The notes under the pieces are model-generated. The model worked only from the letters and a program-made list of their open reading frames with translations, did no database searches and was not told where the DNA came from. A DNA stretch of 64,000 nucleotides from Candidatus Latescibacterota bacterium (GTDB taxonomy: Bacteria > Latescibacterota > UBA2968). The DNA lies in contig OZ240241.1 in assembly GCA_965198115.1 (NCBI GenBank), positions 7,808,001 to 7,872,000 of the forward strand, written 5' to 3'. Each line of letters begins with the position of its first letter. Within the stretch, counting starts at the first letter, position 1. Below, piece after piece: positions 9,226-18,693 of the stretch. The position numbers and the translations under genes are program-made.

Positions 9226-11114
9226 TCCAAATCCTTGACGAAGAATCCAGGCTACTCATTGACTGCGAGGAAGGAGACCTGGCTCCCCGTCACGCCAGCC
9301 AGTTGAGCTTCTGGGGATTCAGCCAGTCTTCTCCAGGTCACTTTATCGGGCCTCCTGGGGACTTGCAATCCCTAGGGAAGAAGGTCATCGACTACTTGGG
9401 ACGCTCCAACTGTCTCTATGAGTTAGCTGGCCACGTTGAGGAGCTGTTGGCAGAGCAACAAGAGGCTGAGCAGCATTACCAATCGGCTCGATCCAATGGC
9501 AGGCAACTGAAGGATGCGGACCTAAGCGAGGAAGACACTTCAGACTTTGTCTCCTTTCTCCGAACTCAGATCCCTCGATCTCTCAAAGAGCACCAACTGA
9601 AAGCAGCCCTGCACCTGTTGACCGTTACCAATGGAGCAAACTTCTCTGTGCCGGGAAGTGGGAAGACGACGGTGGTAGTATCCGTTTTTGAGAAGCTCAG
9701 ACAGCAAGGTGAGGTCGACTCACTTTTTGTCGTCGGTCCGCCCTCCTGCTTTGGTCCGTGGCGACACGAGTATGGCGAAGTGCTTGGACGTGAACCGTCA
9801 TTCGAGATTCTTGCTGGCGGCGATATCGAATTGCGTCATTCGAAATACCTAATCACTCGAGAATCGGCGGCGGATCTCTATTTGACGACGTTTCAGACGC
9901 TGCAGCGTGATTGGGAGCAAGTGAAGCTCCTCTTCGAGACGCAAGGTGTAAGGTTTTACTTTGTGGTCGATGAAGCACATTATGTAAAGCAGCCTGGGGG
10001 AGCTTGGGCAAACGCCGTTCTTGAAGTTGCCCCGCTGGCTACAAGGAGAGTTGTACTTACTGGAACTCCTTTCCCTCACAGCTTCACCGATGCTTTCAAC
10101 CTCTTCGATGTGATCTGGCCAGAGGCCAACCCCATACCCGAAGAAACTCGTCACAGGATCGAGATTCTCACCCAGAAGAAGCAGTACCACGAGGCCGCCA
10201 CTCATCTTGATAATCTTATAGGACCACTCTTCTATCGTGTCCGGAAGTCTGATCTCGGTCTTGCCCCTCAGATATTTCATCCTCCAACACAGATCCAGAT
10301 GAAGGAGAACGAAAAGAAGGTTTACGACCTGGTGCTGGATAGAATAGCCGAGATATCCTCATCAGACTATATGCGAAATATAGATCTGCTCGTTAGGTTG
10401 AGAAAGGGACGAATGATGCGAGTCCGGCAGTGCCTCTCATATTCTGCACTACTTGGGAATGAGGTGACGGACTACAACGAGGACTTGCTAGAGGGAGAAA
10501 TGTCCCTCGCTGACATCATCAAGCACTATGACGAGATCGAGATGCCTGGAAAGGTTGAGTATCTCCTTGAGCTTGTCAGAGGCCTGCGGGAGCGGGACGA
10601 GAAGGTAGTCATTTGGTCTAACTTTATCCGAACACTCGATATGCTTCGCGATGCTATCGCAGAGATTGCCCAAGTGAGACTTATTTACGGGGCAACTCCT
10701 GTAGAAAAGACAGGCGTCGAAGAAGAGCTCACGAGAGACGAGATAATTCAGGAGTTCGTTGACCCTGATAGCAAAATCGATGTATTACTGGCGAATCCGG
10801 CAGCTTGTGCTGAGTCGATTTCCCTCCACAAGACTTGCTCAAATGCTATTTACTATGATCTCTCCTACAATTGCGCTCAATACGTGCAGTCTCTCGATCG
10901 AATCCATCGTGTTGGTGGTTCTGAGGACAAACCCTCACACTACTACTTTCTTCAGTATGAGAACACGATTGAGCCCGATATACTAGAGAATGTGCAGCGG
11001 AAGGCTCAGCGTATGAGCGATATCATCGATGAAGAATACCCGATCTACTCCCTCGATATGTTCGGAGATGAGGACGAAATCCAAGCCTATGAGCGTATCT
11101 TTATCCAGCGATGA
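9222..11114 (+). CDS. SNF2-family SF2 helicase/translocase
   Basis: Walker A SVPGSGKT, VVDEAH, LTGTP, KVVIWS, motif VI QSLDRIHRVG; ATGA overlap with gene 1. Confidence 0.9.
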   Translation: MIQILDEESRLLIDCEEGDLAPRHASQLSFWGFSQSSPGHFIGPPGDLQSLGKKVIDYLGRSNCLYELAGHVEELLAEQQEAEQHYQSARSNGRQLKDADLSEEDTSDFVSFLRTQIPRSLKEHQLKAALHLLTVTNGANFSVPGSGKTTVVVSVFEKLRQQGEVDSLFVVGPPSCFGPWRHEYGEVLGREPSFEILAGGDIELRHSKYLITRESAADLYLTTFQTLQRDWEQVKLLFETQGVRFYFVVDEAHYVKQPGGAWANAVLEVAPLATRRVVLTGTPFPHSFTDAFNLFDVIWPEANPIPEETRHRIEILTQKKQYHEAATHLDNLIGPLFYRVRKSDLGLAPQIFHPPTQIQMKENEKKVYDLVLDRIAEISSSDYMRNIDLLVRLRKGRMMRVRQCLSYSALLGNEVTDYNEDLLEGEMSLADIIKHYDEIEMPGKVEYLLELVRGLRERDEKVVIWSNFIRTLDMLRDAIAEIAQVRLIYGATPVEKTGVEEELTRDEIIQEFVDPDSKIDVLLANPAACAESISLHKTCSNAIYYDLSYNCAQYVQSLDRIHRVGGSEDKPSHYYFLQYENTIEPDILENVQRKAQRMSDIIDEEYPIYSLDMFGDEDEIQAYERIFIQR

Positions 11115-12066
11115 TGACCCCTTTGATGGACTCACTTGGCGACAAGTCCTAACGTTAGTGCAGGTAGTCGAAGGAACGGATTACGACAATACAGAATACT
11201 TATCTCGAAGGTATCAGGAACAGGCTCCGAACTTTCCCCAAACACTGGAGTTCCTCCTCTGCATTTCTGAAGTCGGCGGCGAGACTTCCCGCCTCCGTTC
11301 TTTGCTTTCATCGCCGAACATAACGCAAGCGCAGTCCTGGATTATCGACAGACTCCTCGGCTTCAACCATGTTTATCGGAAAGAGATCGATAGATACTTG
11401 CAGAACTTCTCTGTCACAGAGGGTGAGCCACGAAATCATCCCGCCCCTGCGACTAGACACCTCCAGAGCAATGTCCGAAACTTTCTTATAGAACTGGGTA
11501 TAGTTCGACACAACATTGAATCAGATTACTACTACGTCACCCCGGCACACATCAGGATCTACGTTGCAGCAGAGGAGCGCGGAAAAAGAAGACTATCCCC
11601 CTCTAAGAGAGCGTCGTCACAGATAGAGAGAGAGGAACTCGGAACCGCTGCTGAAGAGAGAATAATGGAATACGAAAGGGATCGATTGGGAGCTGAATAC
11701 GGGGACCAGATAGAGCACATAGCGGCCGTTGATGCAGCTGCAGGTTATGATATTCGGAGCGTTACTGTTGATCCCTCCGGGAGCACCATTCCTAGATATA
11801 TAGAAGTGAAAGCGGTTCCGCTGGAGTTATATCGATTTTACTGGTCAAGGACAGAAGTTCTCACGGCGCAGAATCTTGGTGACTGGTATTTTCTGTATCT
11901 CCTACCAGTGTTGAGGGATGGCATATTCGAAATGAGCAAGTTGAAGCAATTCCGGAATCCTGCTCACTCGGTCCTGGCAGATCCGGACTCCTGGGATATC
12001 GACTCAGACGTTCTTCTGTGCAGCCTGAGAGAAGAAGCTGGGGAGCAAGGCAATGTCTCAGAGTAA
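11089..12066 (+). CDS. DUF3883 (NOV C-terminal, PD-(D/E)xK) domain putative nuclease
   Basis: LGTAAEERIMEYERDRL, AGYDIRS, RYIEVKA, FYWSRTE, YFLY. The likely ATG at 11089 overlaps the end of the SNF2 gene. Confidence 0.8.
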   Translation: MSVSLSSDDDPFDGLTWRQVLTLVQVVEGTDYDNTEYLSRRYQEQAPNFPQTLEFLLCISEVGGETSRLRSLLSSPNITQAQSWIIDRLLGFNHVYRKEIDRYLQNFSVTEGEPRNHPAPATRHLQSNVRNFLIELGIVRHNIESDYYYVTPAHIRIYVAAEERGKRRLSPSKRASSQIEREELGTAAEERIMEYERDRLGAEYGDQIEHIAAVDAAAGYDIRSVTVDPSGSTIPRYIEVKAVPLELYRFYWSRTEVLTAQNLGDWYFLYLLPVLRDGIFEMSKLKQFRNPAHSVLADPDSWDIDSDVLLCSLREEAGEQGNVSE

Positions 12067-13015
12067 ATACCTTATCCCCACTCATGATGAGCATTCGCTG
12101 GCCGAAAAGCCCACGAGAGCTCCCTTTGGCTACTATGGGGCCAAGCAGACAATCGCACAGAAAATAGTAAAGATGCTCCCTCCCCATAATGCCTGGGTGG
12201 AAGGATTCTGTGGTTCGGCTGCAATTACGCTGGCCAAGAAGCCGGTCCCGATCGAGGTGATCAATGACAAGGATAACCAGATAGTCAATCTTTTCTCCCA
12301 ACTCCGGGACAATTCAGAAGAGCTGCGCCGGGCAGTTGAACTTACTCCATATGCTAGAGAGGAGTTCGAGATCGCCCGAGACTATGTGGTAAACAGGGAT
12401 AGAGGGAGCCTCCCCCCGCTCGAACAAGCCCGCCGATTTCTGGTCGCCACGATGATGACAGTGAACGGAACTATTGGTACTCGTTCCGGGTGGTCATATT
12501 CTCAGTCGTATTCGAGATCTGGGCGAGAAGCTCGTGTCAATCGCTGGTGCAATCTGCCAGAAAGACTTGAGAAGGTGGTGGAAAGACTACGAGGAATCCG
12601 AGTTGAGAACAGAGATGCCTGTGAGATGGTCGAGCTATTTGAGGACCGGCCTGCAACCCTGATGTATCTCGACCCACCCTACTACACAAAGCGAGAACAC
12701 GACTATATCATTGATGCGCGAGACGAGGGGTTCCACAAGAAACTCCTAAAGGCGTGCCTAAAGTCTCGGTGTATGCTGCTAATCAGCGGATACCAGAATG
12801 ACCTCTACGATGAGCTGCTGACAGCAGAACGTGGCTGGTCCAAGAAGGAGATAAAAACTAAGACTCGCGATACCACAGGGATAGACTACTCTCGAACAGA
12901 AGTTCTGTGGATGAATTCGGTGTTCGAAAAAGCAAAGGAGTCCGAGAAGCTACCATTGAGACTTACCAAACGGGAGATATACGACCAGAAGATCAATCCG
13001 CCAAGGAAGCGCTGA
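12053..13015 (+). CDS. D12-class (Dam-like) N6-adenine DNA methyltransferase
   Basis: PFGYYGAK, VEGFCGSAA, EVIND, YLDPPY, LISGY, TEVLWMN; overlaps the DUF3883 gene by 14 nt. Confidence 0.9.
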   Translation: MSQSKYLIPTHDEHSLAEKPTRAPFGYYGAKQTIAQKIVKMLPPHNAWVEGFCGSAAITLAKKPVPIEVINDKDNQIVNLFSQLRDNSEELRRAVELTPYAREEFEIARDYVVNRDRGSLPPLEQARRFLVATMMTVNGTIGTRSGWSYSQSYSRSGREARVNRWCNLPERLEKVVERLRGIRVENRDACEMVELFEDRPATLMYLDPPYYTKREHDYIIDARDEGFHKKLLKACLKSRCMLLISGYQNDLYDELLTAERGWSKKEIKTKTRDTTGIDYSRTEVLWMNSVFEKAKESEKLPLRLTKREIYDQKINPPRKR

Positions 13016-13061
13016 CTCCCATCCCAACCAGAGCAAATGATGTCAGAATCCAATCTCCCCA

Positions 13062-14435
13062 GAGCTCAGGTCAATAGGTGTGTAAAAGAAATCAGGCGGC
13101 CATCTTCCCGGTTTCGACCTGCGGTCCGGTTGAGTGTTTCTGATCGTAGACTTGTTGTAGCAAGTGTGGCGCGGTGAGTTTCCTGAATCGGCTCTCTGCG
13201 ACCTTGAGCGTACGCCAGATGAGAGCCGTGGCGTTCCTGACTTTCTTGAATCGCCTGGCGGCGTTTGTGCGAAGCCGAACGGAAGCAAAGGGGCTCTCGA
13301 CGACGTTCGTGGTTCTCAGGTGTTTCCAGTGTTCCTTCGGGAAGTCGTAGAACGTGACCATCCGATCCCAGTCTCTTTCGAGCGTCTCCACGGCGGCAGG
13401 GAACTGTGAGCGATACCGTGCGGCAAAGCGTTTCCGGAGCTTCTCGGCCTCCTTTTTCGTGCCGGCATAGGGGATCTGGACGAGCAGTGCGCGGGCTTCA
13501 GCCTGTGCACGCTTGGCGACCTTGTCGAGCACGTTGAGGATCTTGTGGTTCCAGCACCGTTGTTGCCGGCTCTCTGGCCAGACCTGATCAACGGCCGCCC
13601 AGATGCCCATATTCCCGTCCGCGGCGATCAGGACAGGATGTTCGAGCCCGCGATCCCGGAGATCCCGGAGCACCGTGAGCCAGGATTCTGTAGACTCTCG
13701 ATAACCGGGTTCTATCGCCAGGATCTCCTTGCTGCCGTCGCTCATCGCGCCGATCACGACCAGCAGACACGCCTTCTCGCGCTCGAGCCCGGCTTTGACG
13801 TAGATGCCATCAGCCCAGGCGTAGACCAGTTCGCGATTATCCAGACGCCTTTCTTTCCAGTCCTGGAAGTCGACCTCCCACTTCCCTCGAAGACGAGCGA
13901 TCGAGGTCGGCGAAAGCGGCGCGCCATCACCGAGCAGCGCACGCAAAGACAACTCGAAGTCGCCCTGGGAGAGACCGTGGAGATAAAGGTCGGGAAGCAG
14001 ATCTCCAATGGCCCTGGTTCTCCGGGCGAACAGGGGGAGGATGCGGCTTTCAAACCGCTCTTCCAGACCACGAACCCGGGGACGCCGGACCTTGATCGTT
14101 CCGCAGCTCGTCGAGAGACGCCGGGGCTTGCCGTAGCCGTTCCTGTAGCCCCTGGAGCTATCGACCTCGGCTCGGCGCTCATACCACGACCGGCCCAAGA
14201 ACGCGGTCGCCTCCTCCTCCAGAATGGACTGGAACCGGCCCTGGATCTCTTCACGGATCCAATCGTCAACCGTCTCCCACGTCGGCATGGACTTCAATGG
14301 GGCTCTATGCGTATGTTCCTTCACGGCGATCCTCCTTCCCAACCGGGCCTCTCACCCGGTTTTGTGTGAATCAACTATCTCACGGGAAGGGTAGGGTCGC
14401 CCTTTCTCTTTTTCCACACCTTTTGATTATAGCTC
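13062..14435 (-). mobile_element. IS256-family IS, copy 1
   Basis: Imperfect IRs GAGCTCAGGTCAATAGGTGTG / GAGCTATAATCAAAAGGTGTG; 8-bp TSD TCTCCCCA (13054-13061, 14436-14443). Confidence 0.95.
13092..14342 (-). CDS. IS256 (Mutator-like) transposase
   Basis: YRNGY, YAWADGIY, IAADG, QRCWNHK, LRTTNVVES. Confidence 0.95.
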   Translation of the reverse strand: MGRRIAVKEHTHRAPLKSMPTWETVDDWIREEIQGRFQSILEEEATAFLGRSWYERRAEVDSSRGYRNGYGKPRRLSTSCGTIKVRRPRVRGLEERFESRILPLFARRTRAIGDLLPDLYLHGLSQGDFELSLRALLGDGAPLSPTSIARLRGKWEVDFQDWKERRLDNRELVYAWADGIYVKAGLEREKACLLVVIGAMSDGSKEILAIEPGYRESTESWLTVLRDLRDRGLEHPVLIAADGNMGIWAAVDQVWPESRQQRCWNHKILNVLDKVAKRAQAEARALLVQIPYAGTKKEAEKLRKRFAARYRSQFPAAVETLERDWDRMVTFYDFPKEHWKHLRTTNVVESPFASVRLRTNAARRFKKVRNATALIWRTLKVAESRFRKLTAPHLLQQVYDQKHSTGPQVETGKMAA

Positions 14436-14743
14436 TCTCCCCAAGACTTGGAATGACAATGCAATAGTCCCCCTGGTAAGGGGGCTTTCCGCTTGCCTTC
14501 CGGTTTTGCGCGCGCGTCGGTGATCCGATCCGTCCCACGAACGTCCAAGCGAGGAACGAGCGGGTTGAGTGGCTTGACGGTCGGAGGCTCCCGACTATCC
14601 TACTGTATGTGCAGGACGGTATGGAATACACGGACAAACCAAGCCCCTCTCCACCTGTCAAGCGCGTTCTCCCGTCTGTGGGAGAGCGTGGTTGCGCAAG
14701 CAACAAAGGGCGCAGTCGCACTCCGAGCGGCGAGCGAGGCAAT

Positions 14744-15018
14744 CCAGCGCCCCGGGGTTTTCTTGGACACTCCGTTGACTTACAGTAGGTCGAAAAGGAG
14801 GGTCCACCATGAGCAAGGCTACCAGGGGATCGGTTGGGGCGGAGCGAGCGAACGCGAGCGAGCGGAGGCCCAGCCGATCCAAGCGCGACTTCGCGGGGTC
14901 GTTTCTCCGTGAAGAAGAAGGCCGAAGCCGTATTACGTGTGATGCGTGGCGAGAGCCTCGACAGCGTCTCTCGCGATCTGGGAGTAACGGCAGCTAAATT
15001 GAGCGAGTGGCGCGATCT
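14744..15018 (+). mobile_element. Truncated IS3-like element (left end + orfA HTH fragment)
   Basis: End-like AGCGCCCCGGGGTTTTCTTGGACAC and RFSVKKKAEAVLRVMRGESLDSVSRDLGVTAAKLSEWRD; cut at the 62-bp repeat. Confidence 0.55.
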
Positions 15019-15028
15019 CTACAACCGT

Positions 15029-15090
15029 CTGTCTACCAATAGGTTAACCGTTCTTCGTGGTCCATGATTTTCCAGAAAATGGGGTCAATT
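15029..15090 (+). repeat. 62-bp repeat, inverted partner of 21311..21372
   Basis: CTGTCTACCAATAGGTTAACCGTTCTTCGTGGTCCATGATTTTCCAGAAAATGGGGTCAATT matches the reverse complement of 21311-21372 with 3 mismatches. Confidence 0.9.
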
Positions 15091-15117
15091 ATCTCGAACG
15101 GACAGGAGCGAAGAGAG

Positions 15118-15773
15118 TTCGTCTTCGGCCGCGTCAGTGGCTTCGGCCTCGGTCAAGAGTCTGCGCACTTCGGCCTCGATCTCGGCTTCTTTCTTCTTCA
15201 TCCGGCCGTAGCTCATCGCTTTGTGTTTTGAGGCATTTGCTTTGACTTTCGTGCCATCCAACGCCACGTGTCCCAGCTTCACCAGACCTGCCTTCACGCA
15301 GAGACACAGCACTTGCCTGAACAGACCTGAGAGGGCATCCAGATGCCGTTGACGAAAGGTCGATATCGTGTCGTGATCAGGATGCTGATCCAGGCTGAGC
15401 ACACGGAAAGCAACCGAGTCATAGGTCGCACGCTCGATCTTGCGGGAACTCCTGATGCCTTCACAGTAACCATACAGCAGTAGGCTCACCATCATCCGGG
15501 GATCATACGGTGGCTGGCCACCTTGAGACCCATCGTAGGTCTCGTAGATCGCGGACAAATCAAGTTGTCCGACGATATCCAGAATGAAGTAGGTCGGATG
15601 ACCCTTGGGAAGCCAACTCCGGAGATCCGGAGGCAGCAACATCAACTGAGCCGGATTGTAGACACGAAACCGAGTAGAAGTGCTCAACGGAAACCTCCAA
15701 TTCAGAGTCGGAACCTTGATCGCACTTCTACAATACGAAATCTTCCTCCGGCTGGGTACTCCGACAGGCTCCG
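15118..15773 (-). mobile_element. IS1182-family element, 3'-truncated (DUF772 transposase N-terminal half)
   Basis: LLPPDLRSWLP, GQPPYDPRMM..LLLYGY..GIRSSRKIER, PDHDTIS.FR, ALDGTKVKANASKHK; end-like GGAGCCTGTCGGAG at about 15773. Confidence 0.85.
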
Positions 15774-15822
15774 CCCGATTCAATGGGTCACTCCGCTTAC
15801 CAGAAGGAACCCCTGTTCCCCG

Positions 15823-16734
15823 TTACCCCTCCGGGGTATCCGTCAGAATGTCCTCGATGCGTGCCAGGGTCTCCTCTGACAGATCGAGCTCTCCCGCTAC
15901 GAGATGATCATTCACCTGATCCGGTTTTTTCGCGCCAACCAGCACGCAACTGACTGCCTTTTCGCGTAGACACCAGGCGATCGCGAGTTGAACCATCGTG
16001 ATCCCCAGGTCAGCGGCAACCACCTTCAGGCGAGCCACAAGCGCGCAGTAGCGCTCGAACAGTTCGCCCTGAAAGCGAGGAGAATTCGATCGCTCGTCGT
16101 CGTCCGGAAAAACGTGACCGGGCGCGTACTTCCCTGTCAACAGCCCTTTACCCAGAGGGCTGTGGGCAAGGTTTCCAATCCCCTTTTCTTCACAATAGGG
16201 CAGATCTTCCACCTCGATTTTGCGATCGACCAGGTTGTAGCGGGGCTGACTCGAATGGAACGCCGCGATGCCGTACGCCTCTTCCATCTGAGAGGCGTTG
16301 AAATTGGAAACCCCGAGATATCGAGTCTTACCTTCTTCCTGCAGCCGTGCCATGGCCTCCATCGTCGCCTCGATCGGGTAACGATCGGCCCCCCAGCTGT
16401 GTACCTGATACAGATCCACGTGATCGACGTTCAACGCCTGCAGACTGTTGTCCATCGCCGTCTTCACATCTTTCGGTGAATAGTCACGGCTTACTTTCGT
16501 CGCGAGGAAGCAGCGATCGCGATATCCGTCCCGGAGCGCCTTTCCCAACGTCGACTCACTCGTTCTGTAAGCTTGCGCCGTGTCCAGCAGAGTGATCCCG
16601 CCGTCGATCGCCGCACGTACGGTCGCAATCGATGCGGATTCGGCCATCGCTCCCATCCCGCCCCCAATCGGCCAGGCACCCAGCCCGATGACCGATACGT
16701 CTGAACCTCCTCGACCCAACTCACGCGTTCTCAT
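15823..16734 (-). CDS. Aldo/keto reductase
   Basis: IGLGAW, DTAQAY, LATK, DLYQVH, GVSNF, SPLGKGLLTGK. Confidence 0.9.
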   Translation of the reverse strand: MRTRELGRGGSDVSVIGLGAWPIGGGMGAMAESASIATVRAAIDGGITLLDTAQAYRTSESTLGKALRDGYRDRCFLATKVSRDYSPKDVKTAMDNSLQALNVDHVDLYQVHSWGADRYPIEATMEAMARLQEEGKTRYLGVSNFNASQMEEAYGIAAFHSSQPRYNLVDRKIEVEDLPYCEEKGIGNLAHSPLGKGLLTGKYAPGHVFPDDDERSNSPRFQGELFERYCALVARLKVVAADLGITMVQLAIAWCLREKAVSCVLVGAKKPDQVNDHLVAGELDLSEETLARIEDILTDTPEG

Positions 16735-16749
16735 AGTTCCTCCGTTCAG

Positions 16750-17664
16750 TCATGCGCCTGCGAGCGCGACCAGGACGACGCCCAGAACAAGCACTGCAGT
16801 CCCCAGAATCTTGGCACCCGCAGCCGGCTCACGCAACAAGACGATTCCCATGAAGACACCGATCGGGATACTGATCTGCCGAAACGCGACGATATAGCTG
16901 ACGTTCTCGGCGTAAGCCATTGCCAGAAGCACGAATGCGTATGTCAACGTGATCCACCCGCCCGTCAAGGCCGGTATCAGAAGACCCCCACGCACAGTCG
17001 CGACGAGTACCTGACGATTGTCTCGCCGTAGTACTGCGCCCAGGAAGAGCCAGCACGCAGTCGTCGCCGCTTGAAGGCACGCATAAACCAGAGTGACATA
17101 GGCAGGTGCGAGGTGTGAGTTCGCCGACCTGAGACGCGCGAGTGCTGTATCGTCGACAATCGCGTAGCCTGTCGTCCCCAGCGCTGCGAGGAGGGCGAAC
17201 GCGAAACCCGGGTGCAGGTACACCGACAGTCTGAACGCCGTGACGCTTCGAAGCGGAACCAGGAGACTCCCCACCACGATCAGCACAGCACCTGGCCAAT
17301 AGCCTGGAGTGATCGCATCCGGATTGTGGCCGATCAGGACGCTCACGATGGCGACGAACAAGGCTGGCGCGGCACGGGCTACCGGATACGCGATCGAAAG
17401 CTCACCCGTGCGGTAGGCCGCCGCAAGGGAGCCGAGGTAAACCGCTTCGAGGAATCCGGCTCCCGTAACGAGCACCACATCGTACGCGACCATCGATCCT
17501 GGCACAGCCGGAAACAGAATCAGGATCGGGGACAGGAGAAGGGCGCCTCCTGTGATGGCCACGAGGAAGAACACCAGCGTGGGCACCCGATGTTTGCCGA
17601 ACGCGTTCCACCCCGCGTGCATCACGGCCGAAACGAGCAGAAGGACAATCGCGAATGATTGCAT
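16750..17664 (-). CDS. EamA/DMT-family transporter
   Basis: About 10 hydrophobic segments; SAVMHAGWN, AYRTGELSIAYPVAR, YIVAFRQISI. Confidence 0.85.
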   Translation of the reverse strand: MQSFAIVLLLVSAVMHAGWNAFGKHRVPTLVFFLVAITGGALLLSPILILFPAVPGSMVAYDVVLVTGAGFLEAVYLGSLAAAYRTGELSIAYPVARAAPALFVAIVSVLIGHNPDAITPGYWPGAVLIVVGSLLVPLRSVTAFRLSVYLHPGFAFALLAALGTTGYAIVDDTALARLRSANSHLAPAYVTLVYACLQAATTACWLFLGAVLRRDNRQVLVATVRGGLLIPALTGGWITLTYAFVLLAMAYAENVSYIVAFRQISIPIGVFMGIVLLREPAAGAKILGTAVLVLGVVLVALAGA

Positions 17665-17728
17665 CAGTCAGGTGCGTCCCCCCGCCAACCCCACATCTCT
17701 TCAGCAGTGAGCCACAAGGGCGAAGCCG

Positions 17729-17768
17729 TCTCTGCTGTCATCTGTCTTCTGTACTCTGTCATCTGACA
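17729..17768. repeat. Degenerate 7-bp tandem repeat (TCTGTCA-like)
   Basis: tctgctgtca tctgtct tctgtac tctgtca tctgac in intergenic DNA; a similar 7-mer run occurs at about 43170-43228. Confidence 0.5.
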
Positions 17769-17805
17769 ACAGGGCGAAGCCATCCTATCTGCCCACGGCC
17801 CACCG

Positions 17806-18618
17806 TCACTCGTACTTCCTCTTCCACTTCCAACTGTCGCTGCCCGAAATCAGAGGCTGAATCTCCTCGGGTAACGTACTTACGAAAGCGGGATCCACTT
17901 CATTGCCCGGCCATTCACGTAGCATCGGAGGCGTGTAGCCCGAAACGAGAATCACTCGCTCGCGGTCGCTTTTGATCTTCGTCGTGCTGTGGATGAGCGA
18001 TTCGGGAAACAGCAACACGGACCCGGCCTTGGCCTCCACCTGATATATGAGCCCGGCGTCTGCCATCGCAGCCTCGATCATCTCATCCTTGTCCCACGTC
18101 ATCCGATGACTGCCTGGAATTACCGACGTACCACCGTCGTCGGGCCCCACGTCGGTCAGATAGGCCAGCGTCTTCACGAACAGACAGTGAAACCGATCTC
18201 CTTCCTGATAGCATCCCCAGGTGGGGGTGGTGCCACGATGAAAGCCTGTCGGGTGGGTCCGACGTGTAGAGAGCTCTTCATCCGTGTCCTCGGGATTCCG
18301 TCGATTGATAATCGCTTCCGACTCCTCCAGCCGGACCCTTCCCCCAACCACCTCTTCTACCAAAGGCACGAGCTCTGGATGCGTCGCATAGCTCAGAAGC
18401 GCGGGATCGTAGGCGACGAGATTACCCATCAACATTCGGTCGCCCTCGCCTTGTCTATAGATCCCTTTTGATTCCGCATCGGGATCGTCCCTCATCCGTA
18501 AAAGGGCCTCTCTACTCGCTCCAACTTCCTCCTCGTTCAGCACCTCCTCCAGGAGCACGTATCCATAGGCGTCGAACTGGAATCGTTGAGCCTTTGTCAG
18601 GCGTACGTCTGTTCCCAT
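17806..18618 (-). CDS. Phytanoyl-CoA dioxygenase (PhyH) family protein
   Basis: FDAYGYVLLEEVL, LAYLTDVGPDDGGTSVIPGSH, KAGSVLLFPESLIH; start at MGTD. Confidence 0.85.
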   Translation of the reverse strand: MGTDVRLTKAQRFQFDAYGYVLLEEVLNEEEVGASREALLRMRDDPDAESKGIYRQGEGDRMLMGNLVAYDPALLSYATHPELVPLVEEVVGGRVRLEESEAIINRRNPEDTDEELSTRRTHPTGFHRGTTPTWGCYQEGDRFHCLFVKTLAYLTDVGPDDGGTSVIPGSHRMTWDKDEMIEAAMADAGLIYQVEAKAGSVLLFPESLIHSTTKIKSDRERVILVSGYTPPMLREWPGNEVDPAFVSTLPEEIQPLISGSDSWKWKRKYE

Positions 18619-18693
18619 CTGCTCAATCCCATTGGGTAAGTGAGTGTCGACCAGTATCCGCCCGACAAACAGGGCGCGCAACCAAAGAAAAAC

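Noticed and set aside
9222-13015. DISARM, BREX, Zorya or type III RM assignment
   Set aside because: DrmA/DUF1998, PglZ/BrxC, ZorA/B and Mod/Res-type partners are absent from the operon; the MTase is a short D12-class enzyme.
14436-14743. Possible structured RNA between IS256 and the IS3 relic
   Set aside because: Only one convincing hairpin (CGTTCTCCC/GGGAGAGCG); no recognisable family or downstream target.
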